A stretch of 64,000 nt of DNA, taken from Eledone cirrhosa. Taxonomy: Eukaryota. Shown here one piece after another: positions 13,501 through 26,890 of the stretch (its first letter is position 1; each line of letters opens with the position of its first letter). The stretch lies in the NCBI GenBank assembly GCA_964016885.1, contig OZ024741.1, positions 152,396,001-152,460,000 on the forward strand, given 5' to 3'. Position numbers and translations under genes: made by a program. The notes under the pieces were generated by a model that made no database searches, was not told the DNA's origin, and saw only the letters and a program-made list of their open reading frames with translations.

Positions 13501-14761
13501 CTATGAAAGCCATGAACAACACTCTTTCTCCAGATCTACTAAACCATAAAAAAAAGTTAATAAAAAAATATCTCACTGATGTAATTTCATTAAATTTTAG
13601 AAGTAACCAAATATATAGAAGACAGTATTTAAAACAACTTGTTATTTAGCCTTAGGCCAGCCCTATTCAAGCAGATCTATAACCAGTTATAACCACCCCA
13701 ACATTTGTTTTTGTATAGCCAGGACTACATCTTCTAAATCAAAATGTAATTTGGTGGAGATTTGGCATCTATTTCTAGCAGAGGCTCCTTAGTTAGCTTG
13801 TTTACTTACTGATCTTTGTTTAACCCCAAGTCAGTCTTGGTTGAACAGACTTATGGTGAATGTAGTATAGGTTTGACTTCCTGAGTATGAAAGCCCTGAG
13901 ATCAAGATATTGCCTGACCACAAAACGCTGGAAAACAGAAATTAACCCACAAAGAGAGCACCTATATAAACATAGTTTTTCCACCTCATTCCACATATAT
14001 ATATTGATGTATTATTATAGTTAGAACAAAGCTTAAAACAAAAATAATACAAATAATTTTTCCAAACAAGGTTTTTACTGTTTCATGCAATACAAAATCT
14101 AAAACTAAACATAATAGTACAAGGTACAAAAATAAGAGTTGAAGTTAAGTTAATGTCTCTCAAGCCTAGAAGCCCATCATTGACATTAAGCCATTGAGAG
14201 TACAAGACTTCTTCCTGGACACGATGTCAATCCCTTATAGGGTTAATCCCAGCAACTGCTGATACTCATTTTCAGCTGAGTTAACTGGAACAGGTACAAC
14301 AGAAATAATGTAGTAGTATTACAGTAGTACAACAGTAATAGTACAAGGTAGATTCGAAATATGCTGAATCATAGAATATTGGATTTACAGTTATCTTCAC
14401 TGAAATATAAATTTACAGTTAAAAGTACAATATTGGGGTATGTTTTGATTTCGGTATATAAAATAACGTGAATGAACTGTGCAACTCCTATTGGACTCTT
14501 ATGAAAGATTCTTTTCTAGGACTAGTATCTGCTTCATCTTGTTGATGAAATTTATTTGTGGTTGGCAACAACTAAACAGTTTAAGGGAGGGGTAGCAGGT
14601 CAATACTAAAAAGATTCCAAAAGAAATTTTCACAAATAAATCGGTTTCAACTTTGTAAAGGTAAAGGTTTTATCATATATAATGAACCTATTATTTTTAT
14701 CTAAAGACTTTTTTCCAATTCCATCTCGCCCGTCCCCTTAATCTATTTTATTTCTCATTCT

Positions 14762-14798
14762 TTCTTCTGACGAAGGACTAGCGTCCGAAACGTTAAGA
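14762..14798 (+). ncRNA. Minimal type I hammerhead ribozyme motif (Penelope-type)
   Basis: TCTT-CTGACGA-A-GGAC-TAGC-GTCC-GAAA-CGTT-AAGA: both core boxes, 4-bp stem II, palindromic mini stem III (AACGTT) and stem I TCTT/AAGA. Confidence 0.75.
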
Positions 14799-14878
14799 CC
14801 CTCTTCCTGCTATATCAAGCGTTAACCTAATATATACCTTCCATATACTGTACCGATTGTGTTGTTATTTGTGTTTAC

Positions 14879-14918
<40 letters not shown>

Positions 14919-15074
14919 CCAATCCCTTTTCACTCCAACCGGAGGAACCTCTCCCTGATTGACCTCCACCATTTTCTGTTTTGGTTTTGGTCATGTCCTG
15001 AGTGTAGCCGTACTCACCACGCTTGGCTAATTGCGGGTTGGTGAGGCTATTTAACCCATAGCTGAGTAAACAAT

Positions 15075-15216
15075 TTATTCAGCTGAGTGAACTGGTGCAA
15101 CGTGAAATAATGTGTTTTGCTCAAGAACACAACCCCAAACCCGGTCCGAGAATCGAACTCACAACCTCAGTATTGTAAGCCCGATGCTCTAACCCCTAAG
15201 CCATGCATACGCCTTC
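15075..15216 (-). mobile_element. Family B SINE 5' half
   Basis: Reverse complement of the A box, B box and CTTGAGCAAAACAC core. Confidence 0.75.
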
Positions 15217-16390
15217 AATGTTTCGCTTTAAATATATAAGAAAGCAGCGAGTTTTCATTCAAGAATGAGTAGTGGTAACAATTACCTCCCCTGGAATATT
15301 TATCGTCGATATCGATCGCAGTGTGTGCGTGTACGCGCGCACGCCAATTTCAGTATCCCAATCGTAATCTACACTTATTAATGTATCTCAACAAAAATTC
15401 CTATTAGGAGTGACTAAATTGAAGTTATCCATTACAAGAATTATCTAAATCTCTGTAGGTAGTCATATCCCAGACGTTAACACAGTATATATTCACATTA
15501 ATCAGTTGCTAATACACAGGTTACTGATCACTGACTGAACTTAAGTAGAAATCGAATCCAGGTCAATGAAAACAACGTGATATGACCAATAATCACTAAC
15601 ATATGAGCTATTACAGTACTTCATCATCTTCAAATAATGTTAAATATACGCAATATCGAGAGTGGGTGGGCAGTTAACTATGTAACATAACTCTTTAGAG
15701 AGCAGAGTTATCTCCCATGGTTATATAATTTGATGTAAAAACAACACTTGATTATCCTTATAATTCCAGATATAATTATATTTTATATAGTTTTACAGGC
15801 TACTTTAATACGAAAATATATATTACATAATATTGCATTTCAAAAACGGCTAGTTACAGATATAGCGGTGATTGATGAGCTCCAGGTGAGCTCTGATACA
15901 GCACACACAAAGACACGAGGTTATCGACACGTGGACACAGACACGTAATTAAATAAAGACGTAAATATACATACGTTATGTACACACAGCCAACATACGT
16001 ATGTACACAGACGCGTAAATACAAAAAACGTGCCATGCTTTGCAGCAAAGAGTTACGGTTCGAGTTCAAATCCGGCCGAGGTTAACTTTGCCTTTCATCC
16101 CTACGGGGTCGATAAAATAAAGTACCAGCAATACACAGATAAATGCTGGCCTTGTGCCAAAAGTAGAAACAATTATATATATATATATATAATAAACGTA
16201 TAGTTGTTTTCTCAACTTGTCTGAACTTTTAAATATATATATATATATATGATATTAAATAAATGGAAACTATATTTATAAAACCATATTTATTTCGTTA
16301 TATATATTTCAGGGATATCATATTAACAATATGTTATGCCTTCTTCAGACAAAATACTCGTTGTTAACCCAACAATTTAAATATAACTTT

Positions 16391-16430
<40 letters not shown>

Positions 16431-19332
16431 ATTTGTTACTGTCCTAGTCATTAAGACTATCTCCTCGTCCTTTTTCCAATTGTCCAATTGTTACTGTCTC
16501 TTGTGCACTAGAGCCAAGTTGTATCGATCTTAAAGCACCGAAACAACGTATCTCTAGCGATAGACTGGTGAGATGGGTCTATTGCCTGTATTCGTTCATT
16601 TTCCTGTCTTCGCCCACATTCTTTTTGTGTGGGTGGGGGGAGTTCAATTGGGGGTAACCACAGTATGTAAGGTACTCAATACATAGAGTATAAATATCTA
16701 ATATAGAAATGGCTTCTACAGAGGAAATCATCAGGGCTTTCGTGTGTGTGTGTGAGAGCGAGAGAGCGTGCGTGTGCGCGTGTGCGTGTGCGTGTACGCG
16801 TGTAATAAAATAGAGAAAACAATATATAGAAACAAGAGAGATTGTGTAACACCGAGAAGAGAGACAACTGTGTGACAGCTGTGACTTAACCAGAGAAACA
16901 AATAGCATTTACAGTTATTGGTGAAACAAACCTACATAATCCTTTGGACAACACGCATACATATACGTATATAAACACACGCATACGTATATACATATAC
17001 ACACACATACGTATATACATATACGCATACACATACATATATTCATATACGCATATATATACATTTATATGAATATTATACACACACACAGAGGTAATCA
17101 TATACAAAAATAAAACATGTTACAAAGACATGTTTTAGATATAAATATATACCACGTCTAACCCATGCTAGCGTGGAAGATAGACGTTAAACGAATATGA
17201 TGATTATGATGATGATGATGATGATCAGAGAGAAAGAGGGAAAGGGAGTAGAGGGTTTTCATTTTTTTCTTTAAACTGGGCAAGGCCTAGCAGACTCATG
17301 AGAGGAGGTTATTCCTTAGATAAGAGACCTGGCCTGAATATTTCCAACAGCTAGCATTCCAGTGAAGGCCAGATTGTCATGTTAAACTGAGCAATAAATT
17401 GAGTTTATCATAATATAGAGAGGACTCTTTAGTTGTGCCAAAAACATAACATGACAACCGAATGAGTTGTGGTACATGACAAAATATAGCATAATGACCT
17501 CCCCAATGCTAGTGTCACAATAAAATATAGCACGACAACCTCGCTAGTTCTGGTGCTATAGCATATGGCATGTCCCCGTAGTGTGGTGAATATGATCAAA
17601 ACAACTCTAGATACTTCACTATTACTCCTACATTTCAAATTGAAACTGTTAACCACTAACCAAAGACCATCAATCTTAACCTAAATTTATATAAGGTTTG
17701 CTTCAATTTGAACTGCAGGGTAATAATGAAGGCATGCCCAATTCTCATTAAATGGGCCCAATGAGGCAGGAACATCATGGTACTGCCCCATACACCCGTA
17801 GTACTATAATGTTAACGATAGGTGCTGTTACCTTCAGATGCTGAGTTCAACTCCTATTCAGTGGCATGGACCCTTTGACATTGCCTCTATCTCACCCAAT
17901 GGCATACACACACAATAATTCCTCTCTTTTCTTGAATCCTTCTGAGATGCTGTGGGAATATACGACTTAAACATTTAAAATCTAGCTGAGCCCATCTTTC
18001 TAGGGACATTTTCTTTAAAAGAAAAAGAAACAGAAGAACCGACCCCAGTATTGAACTGGTACTTTATTGATCCCAAAGTAATTAAAGACAAAGTTGACCA
18101 AGGTGTGATTTGACCTCAAATCAGAATAGTGCCAAAATGAAAACTGCAAGGCATTCTATCTGATGCTCTAACAACACTGTCAACCCTCTTGATATCAAAC
18201 CACCTGAAACTACTTTCATTCTATGATACAAAGCTGTATATTTTAAATGTACCTTTGTCAGATTTGACAATGAATGTTCCAGTTGTTCAATTAATGGAAT
18301 GGCCTACTCATTAAATTAATGTGTAAGTAATTGAGTATTCCACAAACATGTGCAGCTATAATGTAATTCACAATGAGATTCCGCATGACAGACTATGTGA
18401 CAAGGCTGGACCTTGTAAAACAGATACAATCTAAGTGACAGTCTTCAAAACAATTTCTGCCTATCCAATTTTACAAAGAGCCAACTCTAGGCTACAGTAA
18501 AAGACCGAGGACCTGATAGTTATGATGCCAACTTCTTAACCATTCAGCCGTGTCTTTGTTCATACACGAGAAAGAAAAGGCACAGAAATAAAGGATTCAA
18601 GTTTAAACTCATATAATTAAATCACAAAAACAGAGAAAAAAAAAAAAGGACTGAATAATTCTACTGGAGTACTAGGTCCAAACACTGGTTTCAAACATAC
18701 TCGACACATTTCATTCATAGTGCAGGTGTATGGCTTAGTGGTTAGGGTGCTCACTTCATAATGGTGGAGTGTTGTCTGAGCAAGACACTATTTCACATTA
18801 CTCCACTCAGTAATAGCTGTAATTCAAAGAGCTAGCCAAGTTACACTGAGTTTTGCTGAGTCTCCCTGAGAATCATGTTAAACATATAAATATCTGGAAT
18901 GCTCAGCTAGTTGTATGTTAATTTTACATTGATCAAACATCTGAAACACACACACGAGACTTCAATATACTTCCGGGGCAAGAAATTATAATCTAGAACA
19001 TTCTTTAGTTTGTGATAAGTTCAAATCCACACAATTTCTCATGTTGGTACCACTGAGAGAGACATTTGCAGAGAAGATTAGGATGAGGGATGGTTAGTTA
19101 ATTGAATCAACCTAAAGATATTACTGGTAGATATATTTATGCAGAGACATTTGTAGAGGAGAATAGGATGATGTATAGTTAGTTAATTGAACTGATCTCA
19201 AGAAATCATTGCTATTTAGATCTATTTTAATGAACCTCATAGCCTACTTCTGAGAAGGATGAAAAAATGACGAAGGAACAGAGTAGACCTCAGCAGAATT
19301 TGAATTCAAAACAGTAGTGAGAGGAAGTTTAA

Positions 19333-19764
19333 TCCTTTTGTTACAAACTTGGCCAAAACCATCCCTGGTTCTATGAAATAAAACAACCCATTTTAAAGCT
19401 TTCCAATTTAAATTAAAATCTTCCAGCATAATTTCATATAAGAACCTTACATTAACCTTTCAGCGTTTACATTACTCCATATATACTATTGTATTTTTGT
19501 GGTAAAGGTTTTATCTCGCATAATATCAAATCTGAGCTTTTGATATTTATTTCAAGAACAATACCTTAACATCACTATGAGTGGCAAGTTACAGCCAGTT
19601 TGAACAGAAAAAGGTAAGAGAATTCTGGCCGGATACAGCCGGCTTAAATGCTAAAGGGTTAAATTACTATCTTAGTAGTTAAATGATTTTCGTAAATCCC
19701 TCAAAATTCTTCATTAATTAATTGAAATAGAGTGTATTTCATTAGAAATGCAATCATGAAAGGG
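19333..19764. mobile_element. TTAA-flanked non-autonomous DNA element (piggyBac-type MITE) carrying a nested MITE
   Basis: TTAA|TCCTTTTGTTAC ... ATGAAAGGG|TTAA. Uninterrupted relatives occur at about 3181-3424 and 30531-30750. Confidence 0.6.
19456..19658. mobile_element. piggyBac-type MITE
   Basis: TTAA|CCTTTCAGCGTTTA ... TAAATGCTAAAGGG|TTAA terminal inverted repeats with TTAA duplication. Second copy at 45353-45573. Confidence 0.8.
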
Positions 19765-19881
19765 TTAAGCCACAAATATTACAAATATTGTATAGAATTA
19801 ATACCCTCTACAGTCTCTAGAAACACGTCACTTTGTCATTGTTCAGAATAATATATCTAAAGTTGAGGATACAGATCCATA

Positions 19882-19920
<39 letters not shown>

Positions 19921-22060
19921 CGTGCATGTGTCTAGTTTATTATCTGCTATTGTAGTTTTTAACACTAGAGTTTCTGCTGCAACAATTCAGGATCAATAGG
20001 CAAGTATTTAGCTATGGAAAAAAAAGACAATGAGTTATAGGCAGAAGTCAGAAGACTGTGGCTAACCATATTCAGTTTTATGGGTCACCAGGACATCACA
20101 TCTCACAGAGATGGATGGGGAGGGGAGAGAATTGGTGTAGTTGGCAGGAAGTATGTGTGTTTGAATATATATACAGAGTGGACCAAAACTATATTTAAAA
20201 ACTGAATAGCTGCTTTATATATTCACTAAATGAAATGTATAATAATTGTTTCTACTTTAGGCACAAGGCCAGCAATTACCCAGTGCATTACTGGTACTTT
20301 ATTTTATCGACCCCGTAAGGATGAAAGGCAAAGTCAACCTCGGCGGGATTTGAACACAGATCCTTTAAGACACTCATGCTTCCCAAAATACGCCAAAACT
20401 ACACCTGATGTACCCCTTCCATACACATGCACACGTGTGTATCATGACTCGTGCACTGTTCATTTTACTGATGTTTGTGCATTGCCCTATGTACTGTACA
20501 TGCACTTTTTTGATGAGTTGTGGTGCACCTGGGCACTGTGCACAATATTTCGTTATTGTTATTATATCATGACTCATACACTGTTTATTTTCCTGACATT
20601 TGTACATTATTCTATGTACTATACATGCACCTTTGATGAGTTGTAGTGCACCTGAGCACTGTACACAATAATTTCATTATTATTATTATCGTAAAGGGAC
20701 GTAACTATGCTGGAAAGCATGGCATCCGACCCCGTACCGATACTGCCAATTCACCAAATGAAATGTATAATAATGAAATACTATTTTTGTTTACTAGCAC
20801 GATTTTTGGCACACTGCGTGTGTGCATGTGATGAAGAAAGGATCCTGAAATGCTAGTGTCTGGCATTCTCACACCGCTACTGAGGTGTCTGTGGCATGAT
20901 CACAATTAAAAACTTTCATAGTGAGACTTGCGTTTATTATACATTAAAACATGGTATATGCTTTCATATGCACCTCTATTAGGAACTACTCATGCCATAC
21001 ATAAACTACCTCACAGATCTCTCAAGTGTTTATGGAGCCAAGCTTGTCTGAAGAAGTATATAGGAATTTTGTGAATGAAGAGTAGTGTAGTAACTTTAAG
21101 AATTATTAAGGTAAAAATGTCCAGGGACACTTTCTGTATGAATACCTTTCTTGTATAGAACCACTGAAACCTGAAGTCAAAATTAGGAGACAGAGAGAGT
21201 TAATTATTCTCCAATAGTAGTAGTAACATTAAATATATTACCACACACACACAATCACACATACAACCATATACATGCCAATGATCATTTGACCTACTTG
21301 AAATAGCAACCAAATCTCCCTCAATTTTTACCCCACCATCTTAAAAAATAACAGAAAATGTAATCGGAGATAATAACAAATGCAATATGTGAAAACTTGA
21401 CGTTAGTATGTGATGGTCAGTACAGGAATGTCTTTTAAGAGATACTAACCAAAGTTAAAATAAATTTAAATCACTACTATTACTACTACATCTACCACTA
21501 CTACAACTATGTTCACTACCACAACAATGTGCAGCACTACTACTATCACCACAGCTACAACAATATCCATGAGAAACACCATTACTATAACTTCATATTG
21601 TCTCCTCTTCCTGAGTGAAACTTTCAATAAGTTGAATAATCTTAATGGACAGTTTTAGAAAAACACACACACTCATATACGAACAACATACACACACTGA
21701 AGCACGCCCACATCACAATAAACCAACACACTAAAATTATCTTATCTCATTTATTTTCTTCCTCCCTCTAGTAATTTATTATACAATTTTTCCTTGTTGT
21801 TTAGCCCCCAGGCTAGCCAGGAACAGACAGGCCTAAAATCAAAAGGCATTCCATCCTTTTCCTATGTGCAGAAAACTGAAAACCACGTTATCAACATGTC
21901 CATTTTTTAAGATGGTAGGGTGTGATTCAGTTGCTATGTCTAACATTTTTTGTGACCATGTAGAGACACTCATATCATTGGTGACCATTGCCTAACACAG
22001 TGTGACACAGGAATTTTAGCTATACTTAAGTTATTGATGTCAAGTGGGTGTATACATGTA

Positions 22061-23162
22061 CAAAGTACACTCAAGAAGTTTTGAGACCTTTTCTTTTCAA
22101 GCACCTTTAATTGATTTACATAATTGTCACTAATACATTTTTGATATGGTTATAAGCTAACAGGCAAATCTTTTTTTTTTCCAGGTTGAAGATCCGGGCC
22201 ACTACAGCACTTTAAATACTACAGCTGAGTGGTTCCCCAATGCAGTCAGGACGTGAGGACAACTTGGAGGCTCGATATACAATAATGCAAAAATGCTGCA
22301 GAAACCTATGGTCAAAACAACTTATGGACTAGCTTTCATGAGCCAGGCGACTGTTTTCCACTAGTAGGAAGCAGGTGAGGGAGGACAATTCGAAGTGGCT
22401 GAGGGCACTGTGTACAGAGTATTCATGATGATCTGAACACGTGCAAAGTTAGTTCCCAGGGTGCTCAATGAAGATAAAAGGCATGTTATTGACAGTAGTG
22501 AGATGGTTGAATGAATTGCTTTGAACCCAAGTGCCCTCGAGTCTCTGGTAACCTATGATGAGAGCTGGGTCTACTGTTATGATCCAGAGACTTAGAGATA
22601 GTGTGCCCAGTAGAAACATTCTGACTCCTCAAGACCCAAGAAGGCCAAGCAAAGCAGGTCCATTGAGAAGGTCATGATGATCCTGTTCTTTGACAGCAAG
22701 GGCATCATCTATACCCACTGGGTCCCCCACAGCCAGACAGTCGACAAAGAGTACTATGTAGACATTTTGAGGCAGTTCAGAATGAGATTTCATCACAAAA
22801 GACCAGAACTCTTCAAGTCTGGTGAGTAGCACCTGCACAAATCCGTCCTGGTGACCAACTACTTGGCCAATATGGAGATCAAGACTGTCCCTCATCTCTA
22901 CAGTTGTAACTTAGCCCCATACAAATTTCTGAATATTCCCGAAGCTGAAGGAAAAGGATGTTGAAGAGATGAAGGAGGCTGTGACAAGCACCCTGGACAC
23001 CTTCACTTTGGAGGACTACAAGGGGGCCTTCCAGAAGTGGCTGGAGCACTACAAAGTGCATTGAAGTTGGGGGATCCTACTTTGAGGGAGACTAGAGTTT
23101 TGTGTTGATCTGAGTTAAATAAATGTCTCTGATAAAAGTCTCAAAACCTCTGGTAGGCACAC
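22061..23162 (+). mobile_element. Fossil mariner (DD34D-type) transposon
   Basis: Decayed TIRs (AAGTTTTGAGACCTTTT / AAAAGTCTCAAAACCT). Disrupted transposase motifs LVTYDESWVYCYDPET, GIIYTHWVP..QTVDKEYY and LYSCNLAPYKF (the YSPDLAP motif). Stops and frameshifts present. Confidence 0.88.
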
Positions 23163-23359
23163 ACACACACACACACACACACAACCATTTTACTTCCTAT
23201 TTCCATGTATAGATTCAATTCTGCACACACACATACGTGAACATACATGCACATAATTAAAAACAATACACAAATATACTCGCATGTATATAAACATGCA
23301 CATGCATATATACATATATACCCAGATGCACAATAAAAACAATATACACACACATATGA

Positions 23360-24085
23360 TGCATCTATACGAACAGCAATGTTACATAGAAGTGAAACCT
23401 GGGTGATGTCTGTAGAAGACTTGTGCAGATTAGAAAGAAACGAAGCCTGCATACTCCGATGGATGAGTAATAGTAATTTACGCGAACGGCAAAGTATAAA
23501 CGAATTGAGAGAGAGACTGAGCATCAGAGGAATCAAATGCTGTGTGCAGGAGAGGAAGTTACGTTGGTATGGACATGTGATGCGTATGAAGGATGACAGC
23601 TGCGTAAAAAGGTGCAGAGCACTAGAAGTCGATGGAAGCCGCGGAGTGGGGAGTCCCAAGAAGACCTGGGATGAGGTGATAAAGGCCGACCTTACCCAAT
23701 TGCACCTTTCAAGAGCAATAACATACAACCGGGACCTCTGGTATCACGCAGTAATACAGAAGACCCAACCCCCCTTCACAGGAACAAACCGAAGCTGAAG
23801 CATATAGATAATATGCCCCCACACCCTCCCACTGCAAAGTGGTCATGGAGGCGCCCAGCCCATACTGTAAAGTGGACGTGTAGGCGCCACGGAAAAAAAG
23901 CACCCAGCACTCACTTTAAATGAGGTTGGTGTTAGGAAGGGCATCCAGCTGTAGAAATCAAGCCAGAATCAGTTCCTGTATGAGCAAGACAAGATCAGCC
24001 GACTGGACACTGCTCACAATAGGATAACCCGTCTAACCCATGCTTGCGTGGAAGAACGGACGTAAAACGGTGATGATGATGATAC
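23360..24085 (+). mobile_element. RTE-clade LINE 3' end with 3' UTR
   Basis: ORF 23379-23798 reads MLHRSETW...RKLRWYGHVMRM...GSRGVGSPKKTW. The 3' UTR shares GGTGTTAGGAAGGGCATCCAGCTGTAGAAATC with family B SINEs and ends in a (GAT)n tail. Confidence 0.88.
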
Positions 24086-25611
24086 ATGTACATATATATA
24101 CACATATATATACTCACAATCAAAAACATATATAAAACATATTTCAAGTTCAAACATTCTCAATCTCTCATAAAACCTTTTTAAAAATCAACCTAAATAA
24201 TGACTTAGAGCAACGGGACATTTTGGTATTTATTTGAGTCATTGTACAGTGGGTTCAAATCCTGTCAAGGTCAACTTTAACTTTCATCCTCTTAAGGTGG
24301 ATAAAATAAAATACTAAACAACACAGGCTGTCTAGGTGTGCAGTGTGGTGACCCCACAACATAACAGACCTAATATGATATATCTGGATCAGTAGATCAG
24401 TGGATTCCCCACCTCCTACCCCAGTCAGAGGACAAGCAAGCAGGAATGACAAATGATAAGGGGATGACTACACAACAACTAAAACAACTATAATCTATTT
24501 TTAAAAAGTATATAGAGCTGATAATGTCACAATATAGAGTGCGCCCACCCAACAAGTTGAAGAGGTTGACAAAAGCAGCTTTCACTTGTCTGTCTTTCAT
24601 CCATCTAGGGTTCATTATAAGCTGATCGGAATACAAGTCAACCCCTTATTCTATGTCTGAGAAATAGGCAAAAATCCAAACTTTATGTATATGCAAAGGC
24701 AGCTAATGAACACATTGTTTAAATGGTGCAGGTTTTGAAATTCTAATGAATGAAGAATATATTTATGAAGTTATAACATTTTAATATTTAAAATGTTTTA
24801 AGCATCATTTAGTGCCTAGTTTTAGTTCACAACTCCATTATGTAATTTTTTTTTTTTTTTTTTTTTTTTTACTAATTACCGACAGTTTTGAAGGCCGTAT
24901 TCATTCGAAACAAATTACATCTATAAAGTGAAGTTGGTTTAATATTCACCTCCAAAGCAAAAATATTTTAGCACCTCATTTATGTAAAGAATTGCTTGCC
25001 TAAATTAGAAACTATTATCATTATTAGGATTTGTAGTAGGAGTTGGGCAGTGGATTGGCATTATCGGTAGAGTGTCCTGCAACATTGCTATTCATCCTTC
25101 CAAGGCTGATAAAATAAAGTACCAGTTCAGTACTGGGATCAATATAATTTACTTATTGAGTATGACAGACCAGTGGGTTTATGTCAAACACCTGCTGTCA
25201 CATGGAGAATGGATCAGAGTAACTGTGGCTTTTTGTAGACTTTCACTATGCTTGACCCTCAGAGGTCTTCCCCTCAAGAGGAATTTGTTTTTGTTTGTTT
25301 GATTTTTGAATGTTTATTTTTGTTATAAGCATTTTACACACAAAACTCCACACTATCACCCTGTGCCATCTTTAATATTTTCATAATAACAGACCTGTGT
25401 GGCTAATAAAAAAATTATTATTGCTTTGTGGCATAGAGTTATGGCCCATTATGTTATGTGTTCAAATCCTGCCACGGTTAGCTTTGCCTTTCATCCTTAC
25501 GGAGTTGATAAAATAAAGTACCAGTAATACATTGGGGACAATTTAATCGACTTCCCTCTCCCCTCAAATTGCAGGCATTGTGTCTAAATCAGAAACCATT
25601 ATTATCATTAT

Positions 25612-25792
25612 TGGCAGTATCGGTAGAGGGTCAGATGCCATGCTTTGACACACAGAATTACGGCCCTTTCCAGTCTGAGTTCAAATCCCGCTGAGGTCAA
25701 CTTTGCTTTTCATCCTTACGGGGTCGATAAAATAAAGTACCAGTAATGTACTGGGTAATTGCTGGCCCTGTGCCAAAATTAGAAACAATTAT
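25612..25792 (+). mobile_element. Family A SINE
   Basis: Near-complete copy with A box, B box and core. Confidence 0.85.
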
Positions 25793-26430
25793 CATCATTA
25801 CTAGATGTAGAAGTAGTGAAAATATTTTCACTGGGTTAATGTCAGCTTTCTATCTTGTAAAATATATAGAAAGGAGGCAGGGTACCTAAAAAATTGAGGT
25901 ATGTAATTATTTACAGTTAAATGTGTATGTGTGCCATAAGAGGTGACTAAAAGGATTAGAACCAGGAAGGGTATCTTACTGTAAAAAATTGCTCCAGAAA
26001 GGGTCCCATGTCATGGGGCCTAGAAGGCTAACTTCTGCTTTAGCAGAGAAAATGATACTAAAATACTTGTTGTGCTGCATATATAATGGTTTCTGATATA
26101 GGCACAACGTCAGCAATTTGGAGGAGAGGAAAGTTGATTAAATGACCCCAGTGCGTGACTGGTTCTTTATTTTATCGACCCCGTAATGATGAAAGGCAAA
26201 GTTAACCAAAGCAGGATTTGAACTCAGACCGTAAAGGACTATAACTATGCTGCAAAGCATGGCGTGTGCTGCATATATAATGTAAAGCTTCTGCACAGTT
26301 TCTGTCAAAGTTCCACTCACAAGTCACTGGTTGTCTGACTGAGGTACAAGACACACTTGCTTGAAGTGTTGCATAGTGGGATTGAACACAAATCACATGC
26401 TTGTGAGGTGGTTGGGTGGGTGGGTGGGTG

Positions 26431-26890
<460 letters not shown>

